Source of the DNA: Gemmatimonadota bacterium
Lineage (GTDB): Bacteria > Latescibacterota > UBA2968 > UBA8231
Direction of reading: 5' to 3'
Assembly (NCBI GenBank): GCA_038128265.1
Contig: JAYPJE010000017.1
Coordinates: 40,819-70,621, forward strand
DNA length: 29,803 nt
The notes beneath the pieces are model-generated. The model was not told the origin of the DNA, did no database searches, and worked only from the letters and a program-made list of their open reading frames with translations. The first letter of the stretch is position 1; the number at the start of each line of letters is the position of its first letter. The position numbers and the translations under genes are program-made. This document shows, piece by piece, positions 17,608 through 26,141 of this stretch.

Positions 17608-17943
17608 CTAGAGAAGTATCCAGCGTAAGACCAGGTCGAGCGCCGATATCACCAGCGATGCAACCACTGTGTGGCGAAAGCTATCGATCTCAAAATCTTC
17701 AATCAACTTGTCGGTAACCCACAGGAAAATCGCGTTGATGACGATCAGAAAGAGGCCCAACGTAATGAGAATGAGGGGGAGAGAGAGAAAAAAGAGCAGC
17801 CAGTACAGGCAGAATTTGAGCACGCCATATAGGGCCGCCACGCGCACGGCCGTGCCCATCGAGCGAATGTGCACGAAGGGCAGTATCTGCGCGGCAATAA
17901 AAACGGACGCACTAAAGGCGACCCAGGCCATCAACCAACTCAT
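17608..17943 (-). CDS. 4-TMS membrane protein, phage holin superfamily IV / YvlD-like
   Basis: 111 aa, hydrophobic, family-typical LSLPLILITLGLFLIVINAIFLW and FEIDSF. AAGGAG SD. Confidence 0.85.
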   Translation of the reverse strand: MSWLMAWVAFSASVFIAAQILPFVHIRSMGTAVRVAALYGVLKFCLYWLLFFLSLPLILITLGLFLIVINAIFLWVTDKLIEDFEIDSFRHTVVASLVISALDLVLRWILL

Positions 17944-18017
17944 CGCATTCTCCTTTCAGCCCAGCGGGGAGGAGCACACCGTCCCACCGCTCAGTCGCTC
18001 CCCCTGCATTTGGCCCG

Positions 18018-18995
18018 CTACGATATCCTAGGCGGGTGCTCCCAAGCCGACAGGGCATCTAGTTCGGCGCGCTGTTCGGCACTCAGTTCCACCGACAGAG
18101 CCCCGAGCACTTCTTCGACGTGTTCGGGGCGATCCGGACCAATAATCGGCGCCGTGATATACGGGTGGTCGAGCAGCCAGGCAACGGCGACCTGGGCCGC
18201 CGTCTTATCCTGCTCGGCACCCATGTCAATGAGCCTGGCTACCAGATGATCAGCCCGCTCATTCATAAACTCCGTAAACCGCTCGCCATTTTGCGCCCAC
18301 GGCGAGTCGGCCGACGGCGTCTGGCCCTGGCGGAAGCGCCCCGTTAACAGGCCGATGGCCAGCGGGCTGTAGGTCATCATACCGAGCCCAAATCGTTCAC
18401 ATAGCGGTACAATTTCAGGCTCTATCTCATAGCGGTGCAGCAAGTTGTACTGATTTTGCAAAATGGCCCAGCGGTCCATCGCCCCGCGCTCAGCCGTCCA
18501 CAGCGCTTCCACCACCTGCGCGGCGGTAAAGTTGCAGGCCCCCACATAGCGCACCTTGCCCTGGCGCACCAAATCGTCAAAGGCACGCAGCGTTTCATCA
18601 AGCGGCGTATCGGCATCAAAGTGGTGGAGTAGGTAGATGTCGACATAGTCGAGCTGTAGCCGCTTGAGCGAGCGCTCAATTTCGCGCATAATGTGAAAGC
18701 GCGACAGGCCGCGGTCGTTGACTCCTTCGCCGATCTGACTCCAGACTTTGGTCGTGATGACCAAATCGTCGCGGTTGCCCATCTCGCGGATGGCCTGCCC
18801 CAGCAGCTCCTCGCAGCGCCCGCCAAAATAGTAGTTGGCGCAGTCGATAAAATTAATCCCACCCTCGACTGCCTTATAAATCGTTTCCGAAGCCGTTTTT
18901 GCGTCGGTGTGGCCATTCCAATAACCGCGAAAGGCCGTGCCCAAGCAGAGGCGAGACACCTTGAGACCAGAGCGGCCTAATTGTACGTAATCCAT
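18018..18995 (-). CDS. Aldo/keto reductase
   Basis: LGRSGLKVSRLCLGT, catalytic tetrad in FIDCANYY / TTKV / YLLHH, SLKRLQLDYVD, GKVRYVG, QNQYNLL, YSPLAIGLLTG. Confidence 0.95.
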   Translation of the reverse strand: MDYVQLGRSGLKVSRLCLGTAFRGYWNGHTDAKTASETIYKAVEGGINFIDCANYYFGGRCEELLGQAIREMGNRDDLVITTKVWSQIGEGVNDRGLSRFHIMREIERSLKRLQLDYVDIYLLHHFDADTPLDETLRAFDDLVRQGKVRYVGACNFTAAQVVEALWTAERGAMDRWAILQNQYNLLHRYEIEPEIVPLCERFGLGMMTYSPLAIGLLTGRFRQGQTPSADSPWAQNGERFTEFMNERADHLVARLIDMGAEQDKTAAQVAVAWLLDHPYITAPIIGPDRPEHVEEVLGALSVELSAEQRAELDALSAWEHPPRIS

Positions 18996-19025
18996 TGTTT
19001 TTTCTCGCTATACTATATGCAATCG

Positions 19026-20951
19026 CTACCAATTCCATGAAACCGCATAAGACGGCGGATGTACGTGCCGCTGCAGCCCCAGCTGGAGGCGAATCTCCGT
19101 GCCCGCAGGAAGCTCGACGTCGAGATAGTTGGCCTCGACGACGGCCGTTTTTTCCGCCGTTGCCACATCGGGCGCCGCGTAGTCCCCAACCGCACCGGGA
19201 TACTCGCTATCTAATTGATTATAAGTTACTTGAGTGAATTTATGCTCTCCGAGTGTGCCGGCCTGTACGCGCACCGTGCGCCCGCTGAGAGCGCTTAGAT
19301 TAACGAGGTGCAGGACGATTCGATCGCCGTCCACCGCTTCGACTAGGGCGCCTACGTCGGGTGGCAGGCCCGGGCGCCGCGCCTCGGGATCGAAGTGGCG
19401 CAGCGGCGCCAGCAGCAGACCGCCGTTGTAGAGCAGCTGTGGCGCACCCAGCGTCAGCTGGATTAGCGCCTCGGTCGTCACCGGATTGAGCTGCTGCCAC
19501 CAGTGAATGTGGTTGTCGCGCGGGTCGGTTTCGTCGCGCCGGACCTGCTCCATGCGCCGATAGACCTGCGCCAGCGCTGCCTGCAGAATCTGCTCCGGAT
19601 AGGCTGGGTTCTCGCCCTGCAGGAAGGCGTACCACGGCTGCTCGTGGCCGGCATCCTCCTTGGAATGGAAGGAAAACACCTTGCGCCAGTCGTACGTCTC
19701 CTTTTGGCGGATAGTCTCGACCATCGCCCGGTCCGTCTCGTCGCCGCTGACGTTCCACAGCGCCAGTGGATACATGGGCGCCAGTGGCTGCCAGTCCGAC
19801 CAGCCGCTGGCCCCGTAACAGTAGGGTACGACCCAGCTTTCCCCAGTATCGCCCAACGCCTTTAGCTGCCCCGTCCAGTGGTGTTCCAAGCTCATGGGCT
19901 GCTGGCTTAGATCGGCCATTTTGCCCTCCGACATCACCTTGCGGATCTGGTTGCGCGGCAGCTCGAGGTATTTCTCCTCTCCAGTCAGCAAAAAGCACTC
20001 GACGCCGGCCAAAATGGCAGCCATGGCGATATTGTAAAAGCCGTGTGGCCAGGTCCAGCCGTACATGCTGCCGTACCACTTTCCGCCGGTGTATTCGCCC
20101 ACCTGCCCGGATAGGCCGACATTGTCGGGCAGGAATCCGTCAAAGGCGGCCGCGCGTTCGATCCAGGCATCGACGTATTCCAACAGCCAGTTCTTGTATT
20201 TGTCGTCGCCCGTCAGCAGATAGGCGTTGGCGATGAGCGAGCAGACGTGCAAATTCGTCGCCACGTCGCCCTTAGCCATGCGCTCTTTCATCGCCTGCCC
20301 CATGCGCCGAGCGTTGGCGGGATCTTTTAAATCCTCTATCGAATCGATGCCCTCAAGGTCTTCATAGGGCAGCCCGTAGACGGCCATGCCCGGGGAATAG
20401 CCATAGGACGGTTCATCGTTCTCGTCGTAGAGCCAGCGCGGTCCCCCCGAACCGTTGTGCGCACAGAGGAGGATCTTCTTGTCGGGGTCGTAGTTGATCG
20501 CCTCGGGATCCTCGTTCAAGAAAAAGCCGGCAAAGCGCCGCGCGCGCTCAACGTTTTTTTCGTGCTGCGGGTCGGCTAGACACAGCAGGTAGAAGTAGAT
20601 ATAGCTCTCGCTCTGGTGAAACTGATCGTAGCCGATCTCGTACTCCTTATGCACGTGGCCGATTTCCTCCATCAGCCGCGTCGTCGCATCCCACTGGCGC
20701 TGGCCCAACTCCAATAGGTGATCGCCCCCGCCCAGCAGGTAGAGCAGCGGCCAGTTGTAAAAGCTCTCATAAAAATCGTCGGCCCCGTCCCGCGTCTGGT
20801 GGATGCCCTCCTTCCAGATTAGGCGTCCGTCGGGATGGGTGTATTTGGCCAGAAAGGGGTGCACGGCCTCTTCCATAACGGCGATGAGCTGGCGCTCGAG
20901 CACGGCCCAAGCCGGCGCGCGCTCTAGCGGCACGGTCGCTGTAATGTTCAT
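19026..20951 (-). CDS. Hypothetical protein, 641 aa, possibly an (alpha/alpha)-toroid enzyme
   Basis: Long ORF with host-like codon usage and AAGGAG SD before ATG 20951 (ATGA overlap with the SDR). Aromatic/acidic motifs DGADDFYESFYNWPLLY, YDQFHQSE, AYLLTGDDKY, PDNVG, WYG..YGWTWPHG, HWWQQLNPV. Confidence 0.8.
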   Translation of the reverse strand: MNITATVPLERAPAWAVLERQLIAVMEEAVHPFLAKYTHPDGRLIWKEGIHQTRDGADDFYESFYNWPLLYLLGGGDHLLELGQRQWDATTRLMEEIGHVHKEYEIGYDQFHQSESYIYFYLLCLADPQHEKNVERARRFAGFFLNEDPEAINYDPDKKILLCAHNGSGGPRWLYDENDEPSYGYSPGMAVYGLPYEDLEGIDSIEDLKDPANARRMGQAMKERMAKGDVATNLHVCSLIANAYLLTGDDKYKNWLLEYVDAWIERAAAFDGFLPDNVGLSGQVGEYTGGKWYGSMYGWTWPHGFYNIAMAAILAGVECFLLTGEEKYLELPRNQIRKVMSEGKMADLSQQPMSLEHHWTGQLKALGDTGESWVVPYCYGASGWSDWQPLAPMYPLALWNVSGDETDRAMVETIRQKETYDWRKVFSFHSKEDAGHEQPWYAFLQGENPAYPEQILQAALAQVYRRMEQVRRDETDPRDNHIHWWQQLNPVTTEALIQLTLGAPQLLYNGGLLLAPLRHFDPEARRPGLPPDVGALVEAVDGDRIVLHLVNLSALSGRTVRVQAGTLGEHKFTQVTYNQLDSEYPGAVGDYAAPDVATAEKTAVVEANYLDVELPAGTEIRLQLGLQRHVHPPSYAVSWNW

Positions 20952-21703
20952 CCGCTCGCTCCTTTCACACTCCACACCGAACCCGTCGTATAGGTATTGC
21001 GCTCCGAGCAGAGAAATTCAATGACCTCGGCCACCTCCTCCGGATCGGAGTAGCGCCCGAGCGGATTGCCCGGATCGGCCAGATGTTCTTTGGAAAAGCG
21101 CGGCACCACCATATCCGTTAGCGCCCGCCCCGGCTCGACGCCATTTACAAAAATGCCTTCGCGCGCCCAGGCGTTGCCCAAGGCCTGGACAAAGGAGAAG
21201 ACCGCCCCCTTGGACACGGAGTAGGGCACCTGATTGGGCGAGCCTCTGCGCGCGCCCGAGGTAATGGTCAGACAGCGCCCCCAGCCGCCCTTCAGCATAT
21301 ACGGTATGGCCGCCTGATGGGCGTGATACACGCCGAGCACGTTGATGTTCATCACCTTTTGGAACTGTTTGGCGGACTGCTCCAGAAACGGCGCCTCCAA
21401 TCCGAGGATGCCCGCGCAGCACACGAGAATATCGAGGCGACCAAACGCTTCAGCGGTCTCGTCGATGGCCGCACGAACTTGTGCTTCGTCCGTGACGTCC
21501 GTCTTTACATACAGCGCGCGCTGCCCCACGGCCTCAATATCGGCTACGGTCTGCTGTGCTTCTTCGTCTAGTACATCCAACAGGGCGATATCGCGCCCCT
21601 CCTCGGCAATGCGCAGCGCCGTAGCGCGGCCCAGGCCGCGCGCCCCCCCAGTGATGCAGGCCACGCGACGCTCTACAGGCGCGGCAAAACGCAAATTGGC
21701 CAT
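20948..21703 (-). CDS. Short-chain dehydrogenase/reductase (SDR)
   Basis: ITGGARGLG, FGRLDILVCCAGI, catalytic YSVSK (YxxxK), VNGVEPG. GGGAGG SD before ATG 21703. Confidence 0.93.
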   Translation of the reverse strand: MANLRFAAPVERRVACITGGARGLGRATALRIAEEGRDIALLDVLDEEAQQTVADIEAVGQRALYVKTDVTDEAQVRAAIDETAEAFGRLDILVCCAGILGLEAPFLEQSAKQFQKVMNINVLGVYHAHQAAIPYMLKGGWGRCLTITSGARRGSPNQVPYSVSKGAVFSFVQALGNAWAREGIFVNGVEPGRALTDMVVPRFSKEHLADPGNPLGRYSDPEEVAEVIEFLCSERNTYTTGSVWSVKGASG

Positions 21704-21843
21704 AGAACCCTCCCTTGTGAATGCCCTCAATATCGCCAATGGGCTGGACGTACTCAACCGGCTCGACGCGCCGTGTATACAGCGCAATATTCTCGACCTC
21801 GGGGCAGCATAACCGGACGTCACCGCGCACCGGCTGTGGGCGC

Positions 21844-21872
21844 TTGGCCACCGTTGGCCGGCGTGCTACATT
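21844..21872 (+). promoter_or_regulatory. Putative extended -10 promoter of the dehydratase-sulfatase unit
   Basis: TTGGCC (21844-21849), 17-nt spacer ending TGC, TACATT (21867-21872). Lies about 30 nt upstream of ATG 21902. Confidence 0.4.
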
Positions 21873-21901
21873 ATCAGGCCATACATCCATGGGAGCCCAT
21901 C

Positions 21902-23029
21902 ATGAAAATTGAAAAAATAGAATCTCTGCTCATTGGCAACGGCCTGGTCGTGCGCCTGACCACCGACACCGGGCTGACCGGCCTCGGCCAAACCGCCTGC
22001 TGGGGATACCCCACGGCCGTGCAGAGCATCATCGACGTCTACAAAGAATACCTCATCGGCCAAAACCCGCTGCGCATTGAACACCACTGGAACCACCTCT
22101 ACCGCATGGCGCCGTTTAGGGGCACCGCCATCATGGGTGCAGTGGCGGCCATCGACATCGCGCTCTACGACATCAAGGGCAAGCACTTCGAAGTACCTGC
22201 TTGGGAACTACTAGGCGGCAGCGTGCGCGACAAAATCCGCCTGCACCTCCTGTCGGGCGGCGGCACGCCGGAAGCCAACTATAAAGCCGCCAAAGCCGCC
22301 GCTGATGAGGGGTTTACCGCCGTTAAATTCGACCCGCTGCCCGGCGGCTACCAGGATATGGCGCAAGCGCGCCTCATCGATACGGCCGTCGAGATTACCG
22401 CTGCCGCGCGCGAGGCCGGCGGCCCCGACCTCGACCTGATCATCGAATTGCACAGAAAGCTAACCCCGATGGTCGCCCTCGACCTAGCCGACGCGCTCAA
22501 GCCTTTTCACGTGCTGTTTCTCGAAGATCCGATTCAGATCGACAGCATCTCCTCACAGGCGCAGATTTCGGCCAAATCGCCCCTGCCCTTTGGCAACGGC
22601 GAGCGCTTTGTGTCGATATGGGAGTTTCGCGAATTGCTGGAGCAGGGCGGCCCGCAGTACGTCCGTCCAGACGTGGCCCTGGCCGGCGGCTTGACGCACT
22701 GCAAAAAGATTGCCGCCATCGCCGAGTCCTACCACTGCGCCGTGGTCACGCACAACTTCTTGGGCCCACTCATCACCGCCGCCTCGCTCCATTTGGACGC
22801 TACGATCCCCAACTTTGTCACCCAGGAATACACCAAGAACGACGAGGCGCCACACCACGCCGTTTTCAAGACCTGCTATCAGCGTGAGGGCGGCTATATC
22901 GCCATCCCCGACGCCCCAGGTTTGGGGGTGGAACTAGACGAAGCTCTCATCGAAGAGACGCCCTACACACCGATGAATACGGGCCATACGCCGCTGCGCC
23001 TGGACGGCTCGGTAGCCAACGCGGTGTAG
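21902..23029 (+). CDS. Mandelate racemase/enolase superfamily acid-sugar dehydratase (galactonate dehydratase DgoD-like)
   Basis: AIDIALYDIKGK, LLGGSVRDKI, KFDP, IELH, FLEDP, GER, RPDV..AGG, HN..GP, QEY, PDAPGLGVE. GGGAG SD. Confidence 0.88.
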   Translation: MKIEKIESLLIGNGLVVRLTTDTGLTGLGQTACWGYPTAVQSIIDVYKEYLIGQNPLRIEHHWNHLYRMAPFRGTAIMGAVAAIDIALYDIKGKHFEVPAWELLGGSVRDKIRLHLLSGGGTPEANYKAAKAAADEGFTAVKFDPLPGGYQDMAQARLIDTAVEITAAAREAGGPDLDLIIELHRKLTPMVALDLADALKPFHVLFLEDPIQIDSISSQAQISAKSPLPFGNGERFVSIWEFRELLEQGGPQYVRPDVALAGGLTHCKKIAAIAESYHCAVVTHNFLGPLITAASLHLDATIPNFVTQEYTKNDEAPHHAVFKTCYQREGGYIAIPDAPGLGVELDEALIEETPYTPMNTGHTPLRLDGSVANAV

Positions 23030-23038
23030 GTGAAGCAC

Positions 23039-24448
23039 ATGAGCGCGCGTCCACACATCCTGCTTATTCTCACAGACCACTGGCGCGGAGACAGCCTCGG
23101 GCGCTTGGGGCACCCCGTCGCGGAGACACCCCACCTCGACTCGCTTTCGGCGCGCGGAACGACCTTCACGCGCGCCTATACGCCCTGTCCGTCGTGTATC
23201 GCCGCGCGCCGTTCGCTAATGACGGGGATGACGCCCTACAGCCAGGGCATGGTCGGCTACCAGGACGGCCAGCCGTGGGACTACACCCACACCCTCGCCG
23301 GCGAACTTACTCGTGCCGGCTATCAAACGGTCAATATCGGCAAGACGCACTTCCACCCGGCGCGCAAACACCTCGGCTTCGAACAGGTCACGCTGTCGGC
23401 CGACTACGAGGAGTGGCTAGCGCAGCAGCCCGGCATTGAGGTAGAAAAATTTGCGCACGGCGTGCCGGCCAACTCCTGGCTAGGCCGACCCAATCACCTG
23501 CCCGAGCACCAGCTCGAGGAGACCTTCTTTGTCGGCAGGGCGCTGGACTTCTTGCAGAAGCGCGACCCGACGCGGCCCTTTTTCCTAACGCTGTCCTTTA
23601 ACGGCCCCCACCCGCCGTGGTGCCCGCCGCAGGTCTACTACGATCAATTTATTGACCGGGAGCTGTCCCCGCCCGACGTAGGAGACTGGGCCGAGCGCCA
23701 CGCCCGCGAGGCGCGCTATCCGCTCGACGTTAACGCCTGGCGCGGCAAGCTACCCGAACACATCGTCCACCGCGCACGCGCCGCCTACTTTGCCTACCTG
23801 GCCTTTTTAGATGCGCAGATCGGCCGTCTTATCGAGCGCATGCAGCGCGGCGGCCTGCTCGATCATACGCTGGTCGTCTTTACCTCCGATCACGGCGAGA
23901 TGCTCGGCGACCACCACCTCTGGCGCAAGACCTATGCCTACGAAGCCTCGGCGCGCGTGCCCTTTATCGCCGTCGCCCCAACCGCCATGCAGATTGAACG
24001 CAACGTCGAGTGCAGCCAATTAGTCGGCTGGGAAGATATTATGCCCACCTTTTTACAGGCGGCCGGAGCGCCCATACCCGATACCGTAGAAGGCCACAGC
24101 ATCCTGAGCGTGCTCGAGGATGCGTCCCAGCCGCTGCGTGAGCACTACCACGGCGAACACGCCCCCTGCTACCATCCAGAAAATGCCAACCAATTTCTGA
24201 CCGATGCACAGTGGAAGTACATATGGAATCCCAGTACGGGCGAGGAACAGCTTTTTGACTTGTTGGAAGATCCGCGCGAATGCCGCGACCTAGCAGGCGA
24301 ACGGACGGATATACTGGAGCAATGGAGAGGTAAAATGGCCCGCCAGCTTGCGGGCCGCCAAGAGGGCCTTTCCGACGGCGAGCGCCTGCAGACGGCCCCG
24401 GTAGCGGCCTGGCGCTTCGGCAACGCCGACGAGCTACACCTGGGATAG
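23039..24448 (+). CDS. Formylglycine-type sulfatase (arylsulfatase/choline-sulfatase-like), cytoplasmic
   Basis: PHILLILTDHWR, TPHLD, signature CIAARRSLMTG, GKTHF, PHPP, FTSDHGEMLGDH, WKYIW, EQLFDL..DPRE. No signal peptide. Confidence 0.92.
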   Translation: MSARPHILLILTDHWRGDSLGRLGHPVAETPHLDSLSARGTTFTRAYTPCPSCIAARRSLMTGMTPYSQGMVGYQDGQPWDYTHTLAGELTRAGYQTVNIGKTHFHPARKHLGFEQVTLSADYEEWLAQQPGIEVEKFAHGVPANSWLGRPNHLPEHQLEETFFVGRALDFLQKRDPTRPFFLTLSFNGPHPPWCPPQVYYDQFIDRELSPPDVGDWAERHAREARYPLDVNAWRGKLPEHIVHRARAAYFAYLAFLDAQIGRLIERMQRGGLLDHTLVVFTSDHGEMLGDHHLWRKTYAYEASARVPFIAVAPTAMQIERNVECSQLVGWEDIMPTFLQAAGAPIPDTVEGHSILSVLEDASQPLREHYHGEHAPCYHPENANQFLTDAQWKYIWNPSTGEEQLFDLLEDPRECRDLAGERTDILEQWRGKMARQLAGRQEGLSDGERLQTAPVAAWRFGNADELHLG

Positions 24449-24449
24449 A

Positions 24450-26123
24450 TTAGCTCACGAGACGCTGCGCGCTATCAGACCACGTGCCGCAGCGAATTTC
24501 CACCGTTTTTTGCACGGGGGTCCGGTCCGTTATCAGCAGGCGAAAAGCGCGTGCATCGACTTCGCTGTTGCGCATCGCCCACATGCTGTGCGCATGGCTG
24601 CCGGGCCCGACGGAGATGGCGTCGTCGCCCATGCGATAGAGAGCATGCCCGCTCTTTAGAAAAGCGGTATTGCCCTCTTTGCCTTCCATGATGATACCGT
24701 CCGTTTGCAAAATGCCCCCGGGAGCAAAATTGCATTCGATTTGGAACGGCACGCCATCCAATCCACCGGAAGAGGCGATGTGCAAATCGAACCCCCCGTC
24801 CACTTCTTGCACGCGTAGAGCGACTTCGAGGGCAGGCAAGGCATAGACGTCACGGCGGGAGCGCACCGCCTGCCAGTTGTCTGCGTCGACGCGCTCGTCA
24901 ATGGGCAGCCAGTAAATACCGCCCGTGTAGCCTTTCTCCGGATAGATCTTGTTGCGCCCCTTGTGCTGGAGCGCCGCACTGCTTGCATCGCCGGTAAAAT
25001 CCTCGCCGACAAATTGGCCGGTGGCAAAGTAGGTCGAGCACAGCTTCAACGTCATCTCCGCTTTGCCGCATACAACGGCAAAGGGGGTGGTCAGACCGGC
25101 GGCTACGGTGGCACTAGTCGCCCCCCGGCGCACGCGCCACAGGCCAGAAACGGGATAGGACTGCGCGTATTCGCTGGGCAGGCTTTGGCGGGCAATCTCC
25201 TCGCCACGCCACGCAGGGTGGAGCGCAAAGTTGGTCAGGCACACGAGACTGCTGCCACCGCGCTCAACCAGCCAGTCGGCGACAGCGGCGTAAAAACCGT
25301 TGCCGTCGATATGCGCCATGGCATGATAGCCGTCGGCTAGCGTAGTGGGCACGGCGCGCGCGCCGCGGTCCTGACGGCGCGAGATGCTGCTGACGACGGT
25401 CGCATCGCCGTGCAGCATGTGAAAATTAAAGTCGAGATTGCGCCGCACCGGCTCCAGCAGTTCCGGACGGTCCAGCGCAGCAGCAGCGAGGATGAGCGAG
25501 CGATTTACTACGGCGTTGTAAACGCCTGTGCTGCGTTCGATGTATTCGCCGTCGGCATTGACATCGATTGTTTCGGCTAAATAGGCTTCGATGGTATCGC
25601 GCACGTCGAGATCGGGAAAGAGTTCGCTGGCCAACGACAGCGCAGCAACGATGACCCAGCGGTGGTTCGGCGTGTGGAATCCGCCGCGCACCATCCCATC
25701 GGCCCCGGCGCGTATGAGTTCGCCCAGCGATTCTGCGATCTGCTGCGCGCCGCGATCACCGCTCTGCGCGCGTGCCAGCTTGACGGTGGGAGCGAGCGCC
25801 TTTGTTATGAATCCCGTATCGGGTGATGAATCAAAATTGGTGCTGAGCAGATCGTAATTGCCCGACGGACGGCGTCGGCGACGACCAAAATCGCCTACGA
25901 GCAGAATGCGCTCTAGGAGTTCCGGGCTGTGGTAATAGACCGATTCTTCGAGCAGGTAGGCGTAGGCCAGCGTCGAGGCCGAGGAGACGCTGTTGGGACC
26001 GACCAACCCATCCGCATCGATAAACCCGCCGCAGTCGGCGCTCCCTCCATCGACCACCTGCCGCGCCAGCAGACGTGGCACACTAGCGTCTAATTCGCGT
26101 ATGACGTGCTTGTACTCGAGCAT
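24450..26123 (-). CDS. Hypothetical protein, 557 aa, possibly alginate-lyase/heparinase II-III-like toroid plus beta domain
   Basis: Long ORF with GGGGGAG SD. Helical N-half with NFDSSPDTGF, GGFHTPNHRWV, DGEYIERSTGVYNAV; beta-rich C-half. The fold assignment is inference. Confidence 0.75.
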   Translation of the reverse strand: MLEYKHVIRELDASVPRLLARQVVDGGSADCGGFIDADGLVGPNSVSSASTLAYAYLLEESVYYHSPELLERILLVGDFGRRRRRPSGNYDLLSTNFDSSPDTGFITKALAPTVKLARAQSGDRGAQQIAESLGELIRAGADGMVRGGFHTPNHRWVIVAALSLASELFPDLDVRDTIEAYLAETIDVNADGEYIERSTGVYNAVVNRSLILAAAALDRPELLEPVRRNLDFNFHMLHGDATVVSSISRRQDRGARAVPTTLADGYHAMAHIDGNGFYAAVADWLVERGGSSLVCLTNFALHPAWRGEEIARQSLPSEYAQSYPVSGLWRVRRGATSATVAAGLTTPFAVVCGKAEMTLKLCSTYFATGQFVGEDFTGDASSAALQHKGRNKIYPEKGYTGGIYWLPIDERVDADNWQAVRSRRDVYALPALEVALRVQEVDGGFDLHIASSGGLDGVPFQIECNFAPGGILQTDGIIMEGKEGNTAFLKSGHALYRMGDDAISVGPGSHAHSMWAMRNSEVDARAFRLLITDRTPVQKTVEIRCGTWSDSAQRLVS

Positions 26124-26141
26124 CTCCCCCCCTCGCTCCGT

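Noticed and set aside
17608..17943. Holin-family gene as evidence of a prophage
   Set aside because: No endolysin, integrase or structural genes nearby. This 4-TMS family is common in non-phage chromosomal contexts.
21704..21901. Possible riboswitch or ncRNA in the divergent intergenic region
   Set aside because: No known aptamer motif recognised by eye. An Rfam/Infernal scan would be needed.
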